DNA of 42,560 nucleotides from a virus: UHGV virus genome UHGV-0317890; one strand, 5' to 3'. Shown piece by piece: positions 24,916 to 34,157 of this stretch (position 1 is its first letter; each line of letters starts with the position of its first letter). The notes under the pieces were generated by a model. It saw only the letters and a program-made list of their open reading frames with translations, ran no database searches and was not told where the DNA came from. The position numbers and the translations under genes were made by a program.

Positions 24916-25743
24916 CTGCTCCGCAGCAGCTGCTCGGGCCTGACGGTAAAACGCCACTACGCCGTTACGCGGGGTATAACGGCGGCGGTCCCGGTTTCGG
25001 TGGCCAGCTGATTGACTGGAACGCACCACAGCAGAGCGCCGACGCAGCACTGTTGCCGAATTTTTATCGCGGTAACGCGCGAGCAGACGATCTCGTTCGC
25101 AATAACGGCGTCGCGTCGAACGCCGTGCAGCTGCACCAGGATCATATCGTCGGCAATCTGTTTAAGTTGAGTTATCGCCCTAACTGGCGTTACCTCGGCA
25201 TATCTCGCGAGGACGCCAGGGCGCTGGCGCGTGACGTCGAGGTAGCGTGGACTGAATACGCCGAGGACCCTCACTGCACGATTGATATCGAGCGGAAACG
25301 GACGTTCACAATGATGATCCGCGAGGGCGTGGCTACTCACGCTTTCAACGGTGAAACCTGCGTACAACCAGTCTGGGAGAGTAGTGCCGGCAGCGTTTTT
25401 CGGACGCGATTCAAAATGGTCTCACCGAAACGGATTCGAAATCCGGGTTACGCAGCTGACACTCAATTTCGCCGCGCCGGTGTTGATATCGATAAAAACG
25501 GGGCCGCGGTCGGGTACTGGATAGCCGAGGATACTTACCCTCTCGGCGGAGTCGGTAAATGCCGGCGTATCCCAGCACAGCTCAGCAGCGGCAGACACGC
25601 ATTCATCCACATATTCGAGCCGCTCGAGGACGGACAGACCCGCGGGGACAATATTTTTTACAGCGTCATGGAGCGCCTGAAAATGCTCGACACACTGCAG
25701 CAAACACAACTGCAGAGCGCCATTGTGAAGGCGGTGTATGCCG

Positions 25744-25820
25744 CATCAGCGACGCCTGTCGCGCGGCGATAAAACGTCGACGCCCCATGAAAAATCGCCA
25801 GCTGACGTTAGCACTGGCCC
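25744..25820. repeat. Left copy of perfect 77-bp inverted repeat inside the portal gene
   Basis: Exact reverse complement of 26155-26231, checked base by base. Confidence 0.85.
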
Positions 25821-26154
25821 GGGCGCTGGAGTAACTGACCTGGCTGTAGTCCCGGCTAAGTTCTTCGTATGACGCGCCAACGCCAGCTGCAACGTAACGC
25901 AGGAGTGATTTTTCCAGTGAACTAAAACCAGCATCAGCATTCTGAGCGGTCTGTAAACTGAGTTTGTCGCCGGGATGCAGGTGGGGAACTTTCACACCAC
26001 CGAGCTTGATATTTGCGCCGTTGTAGTACGTCACGTAACTCTGAATAAACGAATTCAGCGGGTTCGAGTCGATATCAGTACCCGCGCCGGCGATATATTC
26101 AAACGCCTGCTGGCTGTCGAGCTCTGATTCGATTGTCGCGGCATACATCGCCTT

Positions 26155-26231
26155 GGGCCAGTGCTAACGTCAGCTGGCGATTTTTCATGGGGCGTCGACG
26201 TTTTATCGCCGCGCGACAGGCGTCGCTGATG
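26155..26231. repeat. Right copy of perfect 77-bp inverted repeat inside the portal gene
   Basis: Encodes ASANVSWRFFMGRRRFIAARQASLM in the forward portal frame; exact inverted copy at 25744-25820. Confidence 0.85.
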
Positions 26232-26578
26232 TTCTGCTGCTGGTTTGAAGAGGCGCTGGCACGCGGAATTATCACCCTGCCACGCTCAGCTGTCCGGTCG
26301 TTTTATGAGGCGCGGAACTCCTGGACGAACGCGCTCTGGATCGGCGCTGGTCGCATGGCGATTGATGGGCTGAAAGAGGTTCAGGAGAGCGCCATGCGCA
26401 TCACAACTGGCCTCAGCACGTATCAGAACGAACTGGCGCTGCAGGGACAGGATTACGAGGAGGTTATGGAGCAGCAGGAATACGAAATTCAGCGCCGGCG
26501 TGAAATGGGGCTGAGCGAACCGTCATGGTCTGTATCTCACCCCTCAAATACCAACGATAACGGCTGGGGAGGTAACTG

Positions 26579-27886
26579 ATGCCGTGGAACAATTTTCCGC
26601 ACCTCGCCGCCAGGGCGTTCAATCAACCGCTTTTGCTGGAGCCCACCTACGCGCGGGTATTTTTTTCGGCGCTGAGCGACCGGTTCGGTACCGGGCGACT
26701 GATTGATACAGCGTCTGGAGAGGTAATGAACAGCGACGAAATGAACGCGCTCGCGATGGGGTGGGACAGCAGCGAGCGAACACGCCAGAAATCGTATCGC
26801 GTGGAGCGTGGTATAGCCGTTCTGCCGGTTACCGGGACGCTGGTTCATAAATTGGGTTATATCAACCCAGTTAGCGGGATGAGCGGTTACAACGGAATCG
26901 CAAAACGCCTGCAGCAGGCGATTTCTGATCCCGATGTAAGAGGGGTCCTGCTTGATATTGACTCCCCTGGCGGTGAAGTCGCCGGCGCGTTTGATACTGC
27001 TGATTTAATCGCCCGGGCGCGAGAGCAAAAACCTGTGTGGGCGCTGGCCAGCGATACGGCCTGCAGCGCTGCCTATTTGCTGGCGTCAGCGTGTTCGCGC
27101 CGGCTGATAACGCAGACAGGCACAGTTGGTTCAATCGGTGTCCTGATGGCTCACCGCTGCGTCGAAAAAGCGCTGGAGATTGCTGGCGTCGACGTGACGC
27201 TGATTTACGCCGGCGCGCACAAAGTTGACGGGAACCCGTATTCCCAGCTGCCAGGCGACGTTCGCGACGAATTCCAGCTGAGTATTAACAGCACGCGCGA
27301 GCAGTTCGCGCAAAAAGTCTCGGATTATACCGGGCTGAAAAAATCCAGGGTGCTGGCCACGGAAGCTGCAGTATTTATCGGCGCGGACGCGATTAAATCT
27401 GGTCTCGCTGATCAACTCGTTAATTACGCGGACGCTATCGCAGTGATGGCCGACGCACTGAAACCAAAAATGGAGCGCTTTATGTCTGGTACAGAAACCA
27501 CGGCGGAGACCACGACCACAGAACAAACCGCGACCACGACTACTGTCGCGCAGGTTGAGTTTAACACGGAGCAGATTCGCGCGGACGCCGCATCAAGCGA
27601 ACTGGCGCGTGTGATGGCCATCATCAATTGTCCCGAAGCTGTTGGGCGCGAGGCGCAGGCAAAAGCGCTCGCTGGCGTCCCCGGGATGACGGTCGGGCAG
27701 GCGCAGGTAGTCCTCGCTGCAGCACCTAAAACGGCGCAGGCGCGGACAGAAACGGCGCTCGATACACTAATGAGCACTGAATCACCAGCGACTATTCAGG
27801 ATGCTGGCAGTACTACGGCAACAGGAACAACCGCAAACGTCTCGATGCTGGTTGCTGCAGGGCGTTCAATTTTAGGGGATGAATAA
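26579..27886 (+). CDS. C: Prohead protease / scaffold (lambda gpC-like, S49 family)
   Basis: 435 aa; size and position as lambda C; Thr/Ala-rich C-terminal scaffold-like region. Confidence 0.75.
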   Translation: MPWNNFPHLAARAFNQPLLLEPTYARVFFSALSDRFGTGRLIDTASGEVMNSDEMNALAMGWDSSERTRQKSYRVERGIAVLPVTGTLVHKLGYINPVSGMSGYNGIAKRLQQAISDPDVRGVLLDIDSPGGEVAGAFDTADLIARAREQKPVWALASDTACSAAYLLASACSRRLITQTGTVGSIGVLMAHRCVEKALEIAGVDVTLIYAGAHKVDGNPYSQLPGDVRDEFQLSINSTREQFAQKVSDYTGLKKSRVLATEAAVFIGADAIKSGLADQLVNYADAIAVMADALKPKMERFMSGTETTAETTTTEQTATTTTVAQVEFNTEQIRADAASSELARVMAIINCPEAVGREAQAKALAGVPGMTVGQAQVVLAAAPKTAQARTETALDTLMSTESPATIQDAGSTTATGTTANVSMLVAAGRSILGDE

Positions 27887-28215
27887 TGACTACAGAAACG
27901 TATAGCCCGGACGATTTTATTCTTGGGCCTGACCTTGTTGTCACGACCGTCGGTCATTTTCAGGGCGGGATCAACGTACCCCGGCTGACACCGATTATGC
28001 TCGACGCTACTGTCGGGACGTTTAAGGTTTGGGACGGCTCAGTCGGTAAAGCTATTGGCCTCACTGCCACCGCAGTTAATACTGGCTCCAGTTCTGCAGA
28101 CTGCTCGTACTATAAATCAGGCTCGTTCCGTTACACGGCGATTAACTGGGGTACGGTTACCGACGTAGCTAAACGCAAATCAGCATTTGCGGGTACGCCG
28201 ATCAGCGTCGGCTGA
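27886..28215 (+). CDS. D: Head decoration protein (lambda gpD-like)
   Basis: 109 aa; ...LTPIMLDATVGTFKVWDG...YYKSGSFRYTAINW...KRKSAFAGTPISV parallels lambda D (MTPLMLDTSSRKLVAWDG...FYKSGTFRY...KKRTAFAGTAISIV). Confidence 0.75.
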   Translation: MTTETYSPDDFILGPDLVVTTVGHFQGGINVPRLTPIMLDATVGTFKVWDGSVGKAIGLTATAVNTGSSSADCSYYKSGSFRYTAINWGTVTDVAKRKSAFAGTPISVG

Positions 28216-28233
28216 TAGCAAAAAACTCAAAAC

Positions 28234-28258
28234 AAGCCGCCTCCGGGCGGTTTTTTTA
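28234..28258 (+). terminator. Intrinsic terminator between the decoration and major capsid genes
   Basis: GC-rich stem CCGCC-TCCG-GGCGG followed by TTTTTTT. Confidence 0.55.
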
Positions 28259-28273
28259 TAACAGGATATATAA

Positions 28274-29308
28274 ATGAGCGATTCGTTTACTACGTCAGAA
28301 CTGATTACCGCGACACAGCAGGTATTTAAGTTCAATCCGTTGTTTTTAAAGCTGTTTTTCCGTGAGACCTACACGTTTACGAGCGAAGAGGTTTTTCTGG
28401 ATAAAATCCCGGGAAAAGTGAACATGGCCGTGTACTGCGCGCCGATGATCACCGGCAAAGTTGACCGCACTCGCGGCTATTCAACGAACCATTTCAAACC
28501 GGGTTACACGAAACCCAAGCACACGATCAATCCGAATATGAGCATCAAGCGCGCAGCCGGTGAGCAGATTGGCCAGCCGGAAACGCCGGTCGAACGTCGT
28601 GCAAAAATCATCATGCAGAACCTGCTTGATGAGGAACTGAGCATCAGCCAGCTCGAAGAGTTCCAGGCGGTACAGGCTGTTCTGTACGGTAAATACACTG
28701 TTTCCGGCAGCAATATCGAGACCTATGAGATCGACATGAGCCGCAGCGCGACGAATAACGTCACTCAGTCCGGTTCGACAGCCTGGTCGACTCAGGACGC
28801 GGAAACGTATGACCCGAGCGACGATATTGAATCCTACGCGGACCTCGCCTCCGGTGCGGTTAACGTGATCATCATGGATGGTAAAGCCTGGAAGCAGTTG
28901 AAGCGTTTTAAAAAATTCTGGACGGCACTGGATACGCGCCGTGGCTCAAACAGCCAGCTCGAGGTCGCGCTGAAAAACCTGGGCGACGTTGTCAGCTTTA
29001 AAGGCTACTACGGCGACACTGCGCTGTTTGTCTACAAAGGGCAATACCTCGACCCGGTAACAGACACTGAAACGCGTTATATGCCGGATAACACGATGAT
29101 CCTTGGCAACACAAAAAACCGCGGGCTCCGCACTTATGGCGCAATTCAGGACGAAGACGCGCTGAAAGAGGGTATTTCCGAAGCGACGCGCTATCCAAAA
29201 GTCTGGACCACTACCGGTGATCCGGCAGTGACGCAAACAATGACGCAATCCGCGCCAGCAATGGTCCTCACGGACGCCGACGCGTTCGTTGTCGTAAAAA
29301 TCGCGTAA
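28274..29308 (+). CDS. E: Major capsid protein (lambda gpE-like)
   Basis: 344 aa; strong similarity to lambda E throughout (FKFNPLFLKLFFRE, PGYTKPKH, NITQSG, TYDPSDDIE, LDTRRGSNS, LPDNTMILGNT, RGLRTYG, RYPKVWTTTGDPA). Confidence 0.85.
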   Translation: MSDSFTTSELITATQQVFKFNPLFLKLFFRETYTFTSEEVFLDKIPGKVNMAVYCAPMITGKVDRTRGYSTNHFKPGYTKPKHTINPNMSIKRAAGEQIGQPETPVERRAKIIMQNLLDEELSISQLEEFQAVQAVLYGKYTVSGSNIETYEIDMSRSATNNVTQSGSTAWSTQDAETYDPSDDIESYADLASGAVNVIIMDGKAWKQLKRFKKFWTALDTRRGSNSQLEVALKNLGDVVSFKGYYGDTALFVYKGQYLDPVTDTETRYMPDNTMILGNTKNRGLRTYGAIQDEDALKEGISEATRYPKVWTTTGDPAVTQTMTQSAPAMVLTDADAFVVVKIA

Positions 29309-29328
29309 GAGTCGAAAGGCTCTTTTTT
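29307..29328 (+). terminator. Weak terminator-like hairpin after the major capsid gene
   Basis: AAGAG-(8 nt loop)-CTCTT followed by TTTTTT; short stem. Confidence 0.35.
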
Positions 29329-29342
29329 GTTAAGGAATCAAC

Positions 29343-29762
29343 ATGAGCACAAAAACAGAATTGCTGGCGCGTATTGACGATCTGAGCGCTCAGCTCGGTC
29401 GCGAATTACCGCGCAGCGGGACTATTGCGGAACTGGAATCAATCGTTGCCGGCGCTGAGTCAGAGCTCGATATTCTGAACGAGCAATCCGGTGACGCGGG
29501 AGGCATCGAGATTACAGTGAATACTGCGTCCGGGACCGATAATGAACTCGCTCAATCAATCGCGAGCGCTATCGTTTCACAGTCACAAGAGCAGGAGCTC
29601 GCACCGGCTACGCGCCGCGTCAAGTTGCGTAACACGCTGGACGTTTATCACTACGTGAACGGGCGTCGCGTTCGCGAGATTGTTGCCGCAGGCCGTGAAA
29701 TTGTTGTTGATTCACCGGAGGTCGCAGACCTTATCGCAGCTGATCACGTTTACGCTCTATGA
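29343..29762 (+). CDS. FI: DNA-packaging protein FI-like
   Basis: 139 aa; N-terminus MSTKTELLARIDDLSAQLGRELPRSGTIAELESIVAGAESELD parallels lambda FI (MTKDELIARLRSLGEQLNRDVSLTGTKEELALRVAELKEELDD). Confidence 0.6.
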   Translation: MSTKTELLARIDDLSAQLGRELPRSGTIAELESIVAGAESELDILNEQSGDAGGIEITVNTASGTDNELAQSIASAIVSQSQEQELAPATRRVKLRNTLDVYHYVNGRRVREIVAAGREIVVDSPEVADLIAADHVYAL

Positions 29763-30139
29763 GCTACTACGATGACCTCCGGGCCGGCGACGAGGAGATG
29801 ATCCGTGAGTGGGGACGGCCCGTTAAATTACGCGGTAAAACCGACCCCATTATCGCTATTTTCAACGAGCCTTACGCGCGCGTTGACGTTCCTCACGCTG
29901 GTTTTATTACCGGTACAGTAACGAGCCTGACGGCGCTCTCGGACGACGTCGCTGGCGTTGTTGCGCGTGACGTCGTCCAGGTTCCAAAGCAGCGCAGCAT
30001 CGAACCTGACGGCTCTGTTACCTGGTCTGGCTGGACCGATTACGTGGTTAAAGAGCCTCAACCTGATGGCACAGGGCTCACGAATATTTTTTTAGAGCCT
30101 CACACGTCCAGCGAAAACAGCGAGTATTCAAAATACTAA
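29759..30139 (+). CDS. Head completion / head-tail adaptor protein (by position; FII-like slot)
   Basis: 126-aa ORF overlapping the FI stop; weak resemblance to lambda FII only. Confidence 0.35.
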   Translation: MSYYDDLRAGDEEMIREWGRPVKLRGKTDPIIAIFNEPYARVDVPHAGFITGTVTSLTALSDDVAGVVARDVVQVPKQRSIEPDGSVTWSGWTDYVVKEPQPDGTGLTNIFLEPHTSSENSEYSKY

Positions 30140-30159
30140 GTGGGACCTCGGTCCCACTT
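30138..30159. other. Near-perfect 22-bp palindrome at head/tail module junction
   Basis: AAGTGGGACC-TC-GGTCCCACTT overlapping the stop codon of the upstream gene; no U-tract. Confidence 0.4.
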
Positions 30160-30170
30160 AAGGGGGAACC

Positions 30171-30851
30171 GTGGCCGATTTACGTAGTAACGCGCAGATG
30201 TTCGATATCGATGTTTCGGCGCTGGAGCAGCTCAGAGTCGAAATCAGCGCGACGCAACATCAAATGTTAATGGTATACAACAGGGCGCTGAACCGAACTG
30301 CAAAACATATGCACCGAATTTCAGCAGGAATGATTTTGACTGCACTGGCAGCTAAAAATCATAAGGCCGTAGATAAACGAATCAAGCCGTTCATTAAGCG
30401 CCGTAATTTTACAAAAGAAGGGGCAGGAGACCTGAGCAGCGCCAAGCTCTGGTACGGTCTGAATGATTTCCGGGTATCTGAGCTAAAGGGGCGATTACAA
30501 AATCCACGGAGGCAAAAACAGCCTCGCGATCTTGAGACCGGCCTGTTTTTGAAAACCAAAAAAGGCGCTAGAGGGGCAACTTTTACACCCAAAAGTGCAG
30601 GGCTGGCGATGATGAGTTGGCCCGATTCATTCGTAGCGAAACGCTACGGTGCGAAAAGTGTCTGGATTCGACTGGATCGCGGAGGAATCGAAGAGGCTCG
30701 CGTACCTGTGCACGACGCGCTGGAGGATGCTATCGATGATTATATTTTTGAAAACATTGGCCCTGTTTTTATGGGCTTTTTTGAGAAAGATTTGCGCGGT
30801 CGCGTGAAAGGTAATGTCCACGTAGACCCAAAAACAGGTAAACGATTATGA
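30171..30851 (+). CDS. Hypothetical virion protein (tail-completion region)
   Basis: 226-aa ORF with GTG start behind AAGGGGG; between head and baseplate genes. Confidence 0.4.
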   Translation: MADLRSNAQMFDIDVSALEQLRVEISATQHQMLMVYNRALNRTAKHMHRISAGMILTALAAKNHKAVDKRIKPFIKRRNFTKEGAGDLSSAKLWYGLNDFRVSELKGRLQNPRRQKQPRDLETGLFLKTKKGARGATFTPKSAGLAMMSWPDSFVAKRYGAKSVWIRLDRGGIEEARVPVHDALEDAIDDYIFENIGPVFMGFFEKDLRGRVKGNVHVDPKTGKRL

Positions 30852-31384
30852 GCGGACTGGATGCATTTGACGAATATCTTGATCGCGTTAAAGGCGCGGT
30901 TTTACAAATACCGTTCATCAAAACATTCGGAATTTATCCGGAAATTCCGGCTGGATTTGAAACGCCAGCTCTGTTCCTGGAAATCAGCAACTGGTCACAG
31001 AGTGACGAATCGGTTCCAGGCTCAATTCAGTCAGTCGAGCTGTCGTGTAATTTGTATTTGCTGCGTGAATTTGCAGCTGATCAGTACGGACTGAAATCGC
31101 AGAATGCAGCGCTCTATATGACGAGCTGGATCAATGGGCGAATGTTCGGTCCCGGAACTAAACCGGCAAAATTCAGCGACGCGGAACCGTGCGACTGGAT
31201 TAAAAACGGGCAGTCAGTCGGTTCGCATTCAGTTCAGTGCGTGTCGTTCACGCAGGTTGTAGGCGTTGGTCCAGATATTTTCGATTATCCCTCACAGGGG
31301 ACCCTGAAAAATATATACGTCGGAATAGCACCAGATATCGGCGCAGAACATGAGGGCGACTATTATGGCCCAATCGGACGATGA
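30848..31384 (+). CDS. Hypothetical virion protein (tail-completion region)
   Basis: 178-aa ORF, ATGA overlap with upstream gene. Confidence 0.4.
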   Translation: MSGLDAFDEYLDRVKGAVLQIPFIKTFGIYPEIPAGFETPALFLEISNWSQSDESVPGSIQSVELSCNLYLLREFAADQYGLKSQNAALYMTSWINGRMFGPGTKPAKFSDAEPCDWIKNGQSVGSHSVQCVSFTQVVGVGPDIFDYPSQGTLKNIYVGIAPDIGAEHEGDYYGPIGR

Positions 31385-32267
31385 ATATGCTGCAGCGGAG
31401 AACGCGCGCAGGCTGCGTGACGCAGTTAAACGCGGCACGATAGCTGCAGTTAAAATGAATCCTCCACGCTGCCGAGTCTCATTTGGTGGCGAACACCAGT
31501 CAGGCTGGCTGCAGTGGTTTACTCACGCCACCTCAGAACGCGTCGACTGGAGCGCACCATCAGTGGGCGATCCCGTTACTGTTGTTTCTGAGGGTGGGGA
31601 TACGCGGAACGGTGTAGTTATGCTCGGGCTGCACATTGACGACAAAGCTCCGCCAAGCAATGACCCCCATGATCATGTCACTGCATACTGTGACGGGGCT
31701 ACGATGACGTATAACACAAAAAATCACACTCTGACATGGCAGGGCGTACCGGACGGCGTGGTAAAAATACTCGGTGAGTCTGAAATAGAAATATTTGGAC
31801 GCGCAGATGTTACTATTAATAGCGAAAATGTAGTTAATATCCATGGTGGGAAATTAATTAACGCAGACGCTGATATTATTAATGTCACAGCGACAGATAC
31901 AATTAACGCACATGCTGATTTAGTGAACGTTATAGCAACGAGTTCTGTTAGTGTTACTGCTGCGAACAGAATATCGCTGACAGCTCAAACAATCAGCGCG
32001 TGGGCTCCGGGTGGTATAACACTAGCTGGTCCAACGCATATTACCGAGACATTAGTAGTAGATAAATTAGCGACATTCCGTAACGATATTTCTGTCACTG
32101 GAGATAACGGTGGAACAGGTAATATCACAACTCGCGGTAGTGTGTTAGCAGGGCAAGAGGTGCAGGACCGACAAGGCACAATAACTGAAGTCCGCACAAC
32201 GTATAACGGACACACTCATATATGTCCGGACGGGGAAACTCAACAACCGAACCAACCAATGGCGTAA
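31365..32267 (+). CDS. V: Baseplate central spike protein (P2 gpV-like)
   Basis: ...RCRVSFGGEHQSGWLQWFTHATSERVDWSAPSVGDPV parallels P2 V (RCRVQTGG..TDWLQWLTHRAG..WWAPSVGEQV); C-terminal GHTH motif. Confidence 0.7.
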   Translation: MAQSDDEYAAAENARRLRDAVKRGTIAAVKMNPPRCRVSFGGEHQSGWLQWFTHATSERVDWSAPSVGDPVTVVSEGGDTRNGVVMLGLHIDDKAPPSNDPHDHVTAYCDGATMTYNTKNHTLTWQGVPDGVVKILGESEIEIFGRADVTINSENVVNIHGGKLINADADIINVTATDTINAHADLVNVIATSSVSVTAANRISLTAQTISAWAPGGITLAGPTHITETLVVDKLATFRNDISVTGDNGGTGNITTRGSVLAGQEVQDRQGTITEVRTTYNGHTHICPDGETQQPNQPMA

Positions 32268-32269
32268 AG

Positions 32270-32611
32270 ATGCTTGGAATGGACCGTAACACCGGTAAAC
32301 TTTTATCGGGGACTGATCACATTCGTCAGTCTATCGTTGATATTTTAACGACCCCGCTGGGGACGCGTGTAATGCTGCCGGAATATGGCAGCAAATTATT
32401 TGATCTTGTTGATAATCCCACAGATCCGTCGCTTGCTATGCGAATAATCATGGAAAGCGCTGGCGCAATAGCACGATGGGAACCACGCGTCAGAATTGAC
32501 AGAATAAATGTGTTAGCAGTGGATATCGGGAAAATAACAATATTAATTATCGCAACAGATATCGAAACACAACAGCGATTAGAGTTTAATAATATGGAGC
32601 TGATATTTTGA
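32270..32611 (+). CDS. W: Baseplate wedge protein (P2 gpW / T4 gp25-like)
   Basis: MLGMDRNTGKLLSGTDHIRQSIVDILTTPLGTRVMLPEYGS matches the P2 W N-terminal pattern (YLGMNRSDG...SIGDILRTPVGSRVMRRDYGS). Confidence 0.65.
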   Translation: MLGMDRNTGKLLSGTDHIRQSIVDILTTPLGTRVMLPEYGSKLFDLVDNPTDPSLAMRIIMESAGAIARWEPRVRIDRINVLAVDIGKITILIIATDIETQQRLEFNNMELIF

Positions 32612-33528
32612 TAACATCAACAGTTCAGAATTCGATAGTGAAAACTATTGATATGAGTCTGCTGCCGCCGCCAGCATTCGTTAAAACCCCGTTATTTTCA
32701 GATGTTAAATCTAATCTACTGTCAGAGCTGCAGATATTATATCCACAATTTAACGCACTCCTGGAGTCAGACCCGGCCGTTAAACTGCTGGAAATAGTTG
32801 CATACAGAGAAATCATTATTACAGCTCGGGTAAATCAGGGGATGCTCGCTGTATTGCTCGCGTTTGCAAAGGGGAGTGACCTCGACCAGATTGGCGCTAA
32901 TTTTGACTGCCTGCGGCTGTTGATAACGCCAGCTAATCCCGATGTAATTCCCCCGACTGAGGCTGTTTACGAGAGTGACGACGAGTATCGACACCGAATA
33001 CAGCTATCATGGTATGCGCGGAATACTGCCGGCAGTACGAACGCCTATAACTATTTCGCGCTGTCGAGTGATCCCGACGTTCTGTCAGCTCAGGCGTACG
33101 GCCCGCCGGTGACCCAGCCTGGATACGTCGATATGTATGTCTTGTCGCGAACCGGCGACGGCACTCCGCCTCAATCACTACTGAATACAGTGAATGCGGC
33201 CCTGTCTCCTGACGATACTCGACCGCTGACTGATTTCGTGACTGTAAAACCTGCGTCGAACCTGAATTACCGGGTTGAGGCCGTTATCGTAGCCGGGCTC
33301 GGACCCGACCAGAACGTTTTGCTTAACGGTGCTCAGAGCGATTTGGCGATATATGTGGATACGCAACATAAAATCGGAGCGACGGCAGCTCTGTCAGGAA
33401 TTTACGACGCGATACATCGTGACGGCACTGAACGTGTGATTCTGATATCGCCAACAGAGGATGTGATCGCTGGCGTCGGGCAGGCTCCGTACTGCACAGA
33501 AATCAAACTCAGCGTGCAAATGGGGTAG
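32608..33528 (+). CDS. J: Baseplate protein J-like
   Basis: 306 aa, size and order as P2 J; ATGA overlap. Confidence 0.6.
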   Translation: MITSTVQNSIVKTIDMSLLPPPAFVKTPLFSDVKSNLLSELQILYPQFNALLESDPAVKLLEIVAYREIIITARVNQGMLAVLLAFAKGSDLDQIGANFDCLRLLITPANPDVIPPTEAVYESDDEYRHRIQLSWYARNTAGSTNAYNYFALSSDPDVLSAQAYGPPVTQPGYVDMYVLSRTGDGTPPQSLLNTVNAALSPDDTRPLTDFVTVKPASNLNYRVEAVIVAGLGPDQNVLLNGAQSDLAIYVDTQHKIGATAALSGIYDAIHRDGTERVILISPTEDVIAGVGQAPYCTEIKLSVQMG

Positions 33529-33530
33529 CC

Positions 33531-34157
33531 ATGACAAGTCAAAGCGTACTGCCTCCGAACGCAATAACCCCTGAGAGGGCGCTTGAGGTTGTTTTATCTC
33601 ACGTCGGCGATCTGCCTGGCGATATTCGAATTATTAAAAATCCCGATTTGTGCCCTGCAAATCTGTTGCCGTGGCTGGCGTGGGAGTACGCGGTCACCTA
33701 CTGGAACCCCGACTGGAGTGAGCAGCAAAAACGCGAAATTATTAAAGCAGCTGCGTGGCAGAATAAGCACCGCGGAACGCGTGGAGCTGTTGAACGAGCG
33801 TTATTAACTGTTGGCTTTGAGAGCAAAATGAGAGAGTGGTTTGAAGCCACGCCCAGGGACGACCCGTATACATTCGCAATTAAAATATATCTGCTAAAAA
33901 GCATGGGGTTAGATTTAGAACTATTGAATACATTTATTGCACAAATATTTGATGCAAAAAATTGTCGTTCCTTATTAAAAGAAATAAATTTCGAAACGGG
34001 TGTCGATGGTGAGTTTTTTATAGCCGGTACACCTTACGCGAAAATAGGCGTAAACGTCCCAGCAGACGGCGACGGCGGTGTAAAAATTAACGGCGGGCTA
34101 TATATATCGGGCTCACCAATTGTTAGTTTAAATGTGGAGATAGGGCCAAATGGCTGA
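33531..34157 (+). CDS. I: Tail protein I-like
   Basis: 208 aa; ...LLPWLAWEYAVTYWNPDWSEQQKREIIKAAAWQNKHRGTRGAVERAL matches the P2 I family pattern. Confidence 0.6.
   Translation: MTSQSVLPPNAITPERALEVVLSHVGDLPGDIRIIKNPDLCPANLLPWLAWEYAVTYWNPDWSEQQKREIIKAAAWQNKHRGTRGAVERALLTVGFESKMREWFEATPRDDPYTFAIKIYLLKSMGLDLELLNTFIAQIFDAKNCRSLLKEINFETGVDGEFFIAGTPYAKIGVNVPADGDGGVKINGGLYISGSPIVSLNVEIGPNG

Larger units (their letters stand above)
24912..26579 (+). pseudogene. B: Portal protein gene (lambda gpB-like) disrupted by an internal inverted segment
   Basis: N-terminal part (24912-25743, ...QLQSAIVKAVYAA) and C-terminal part (26155-26579, ASANVSWRFFMGRRRF...FCCWFEEA...) are on the plus strand; the middle part (YAATIESELD...YSSAR) is encoded on the minus strand (26145 down to 25821). 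Confidence 0.8.
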
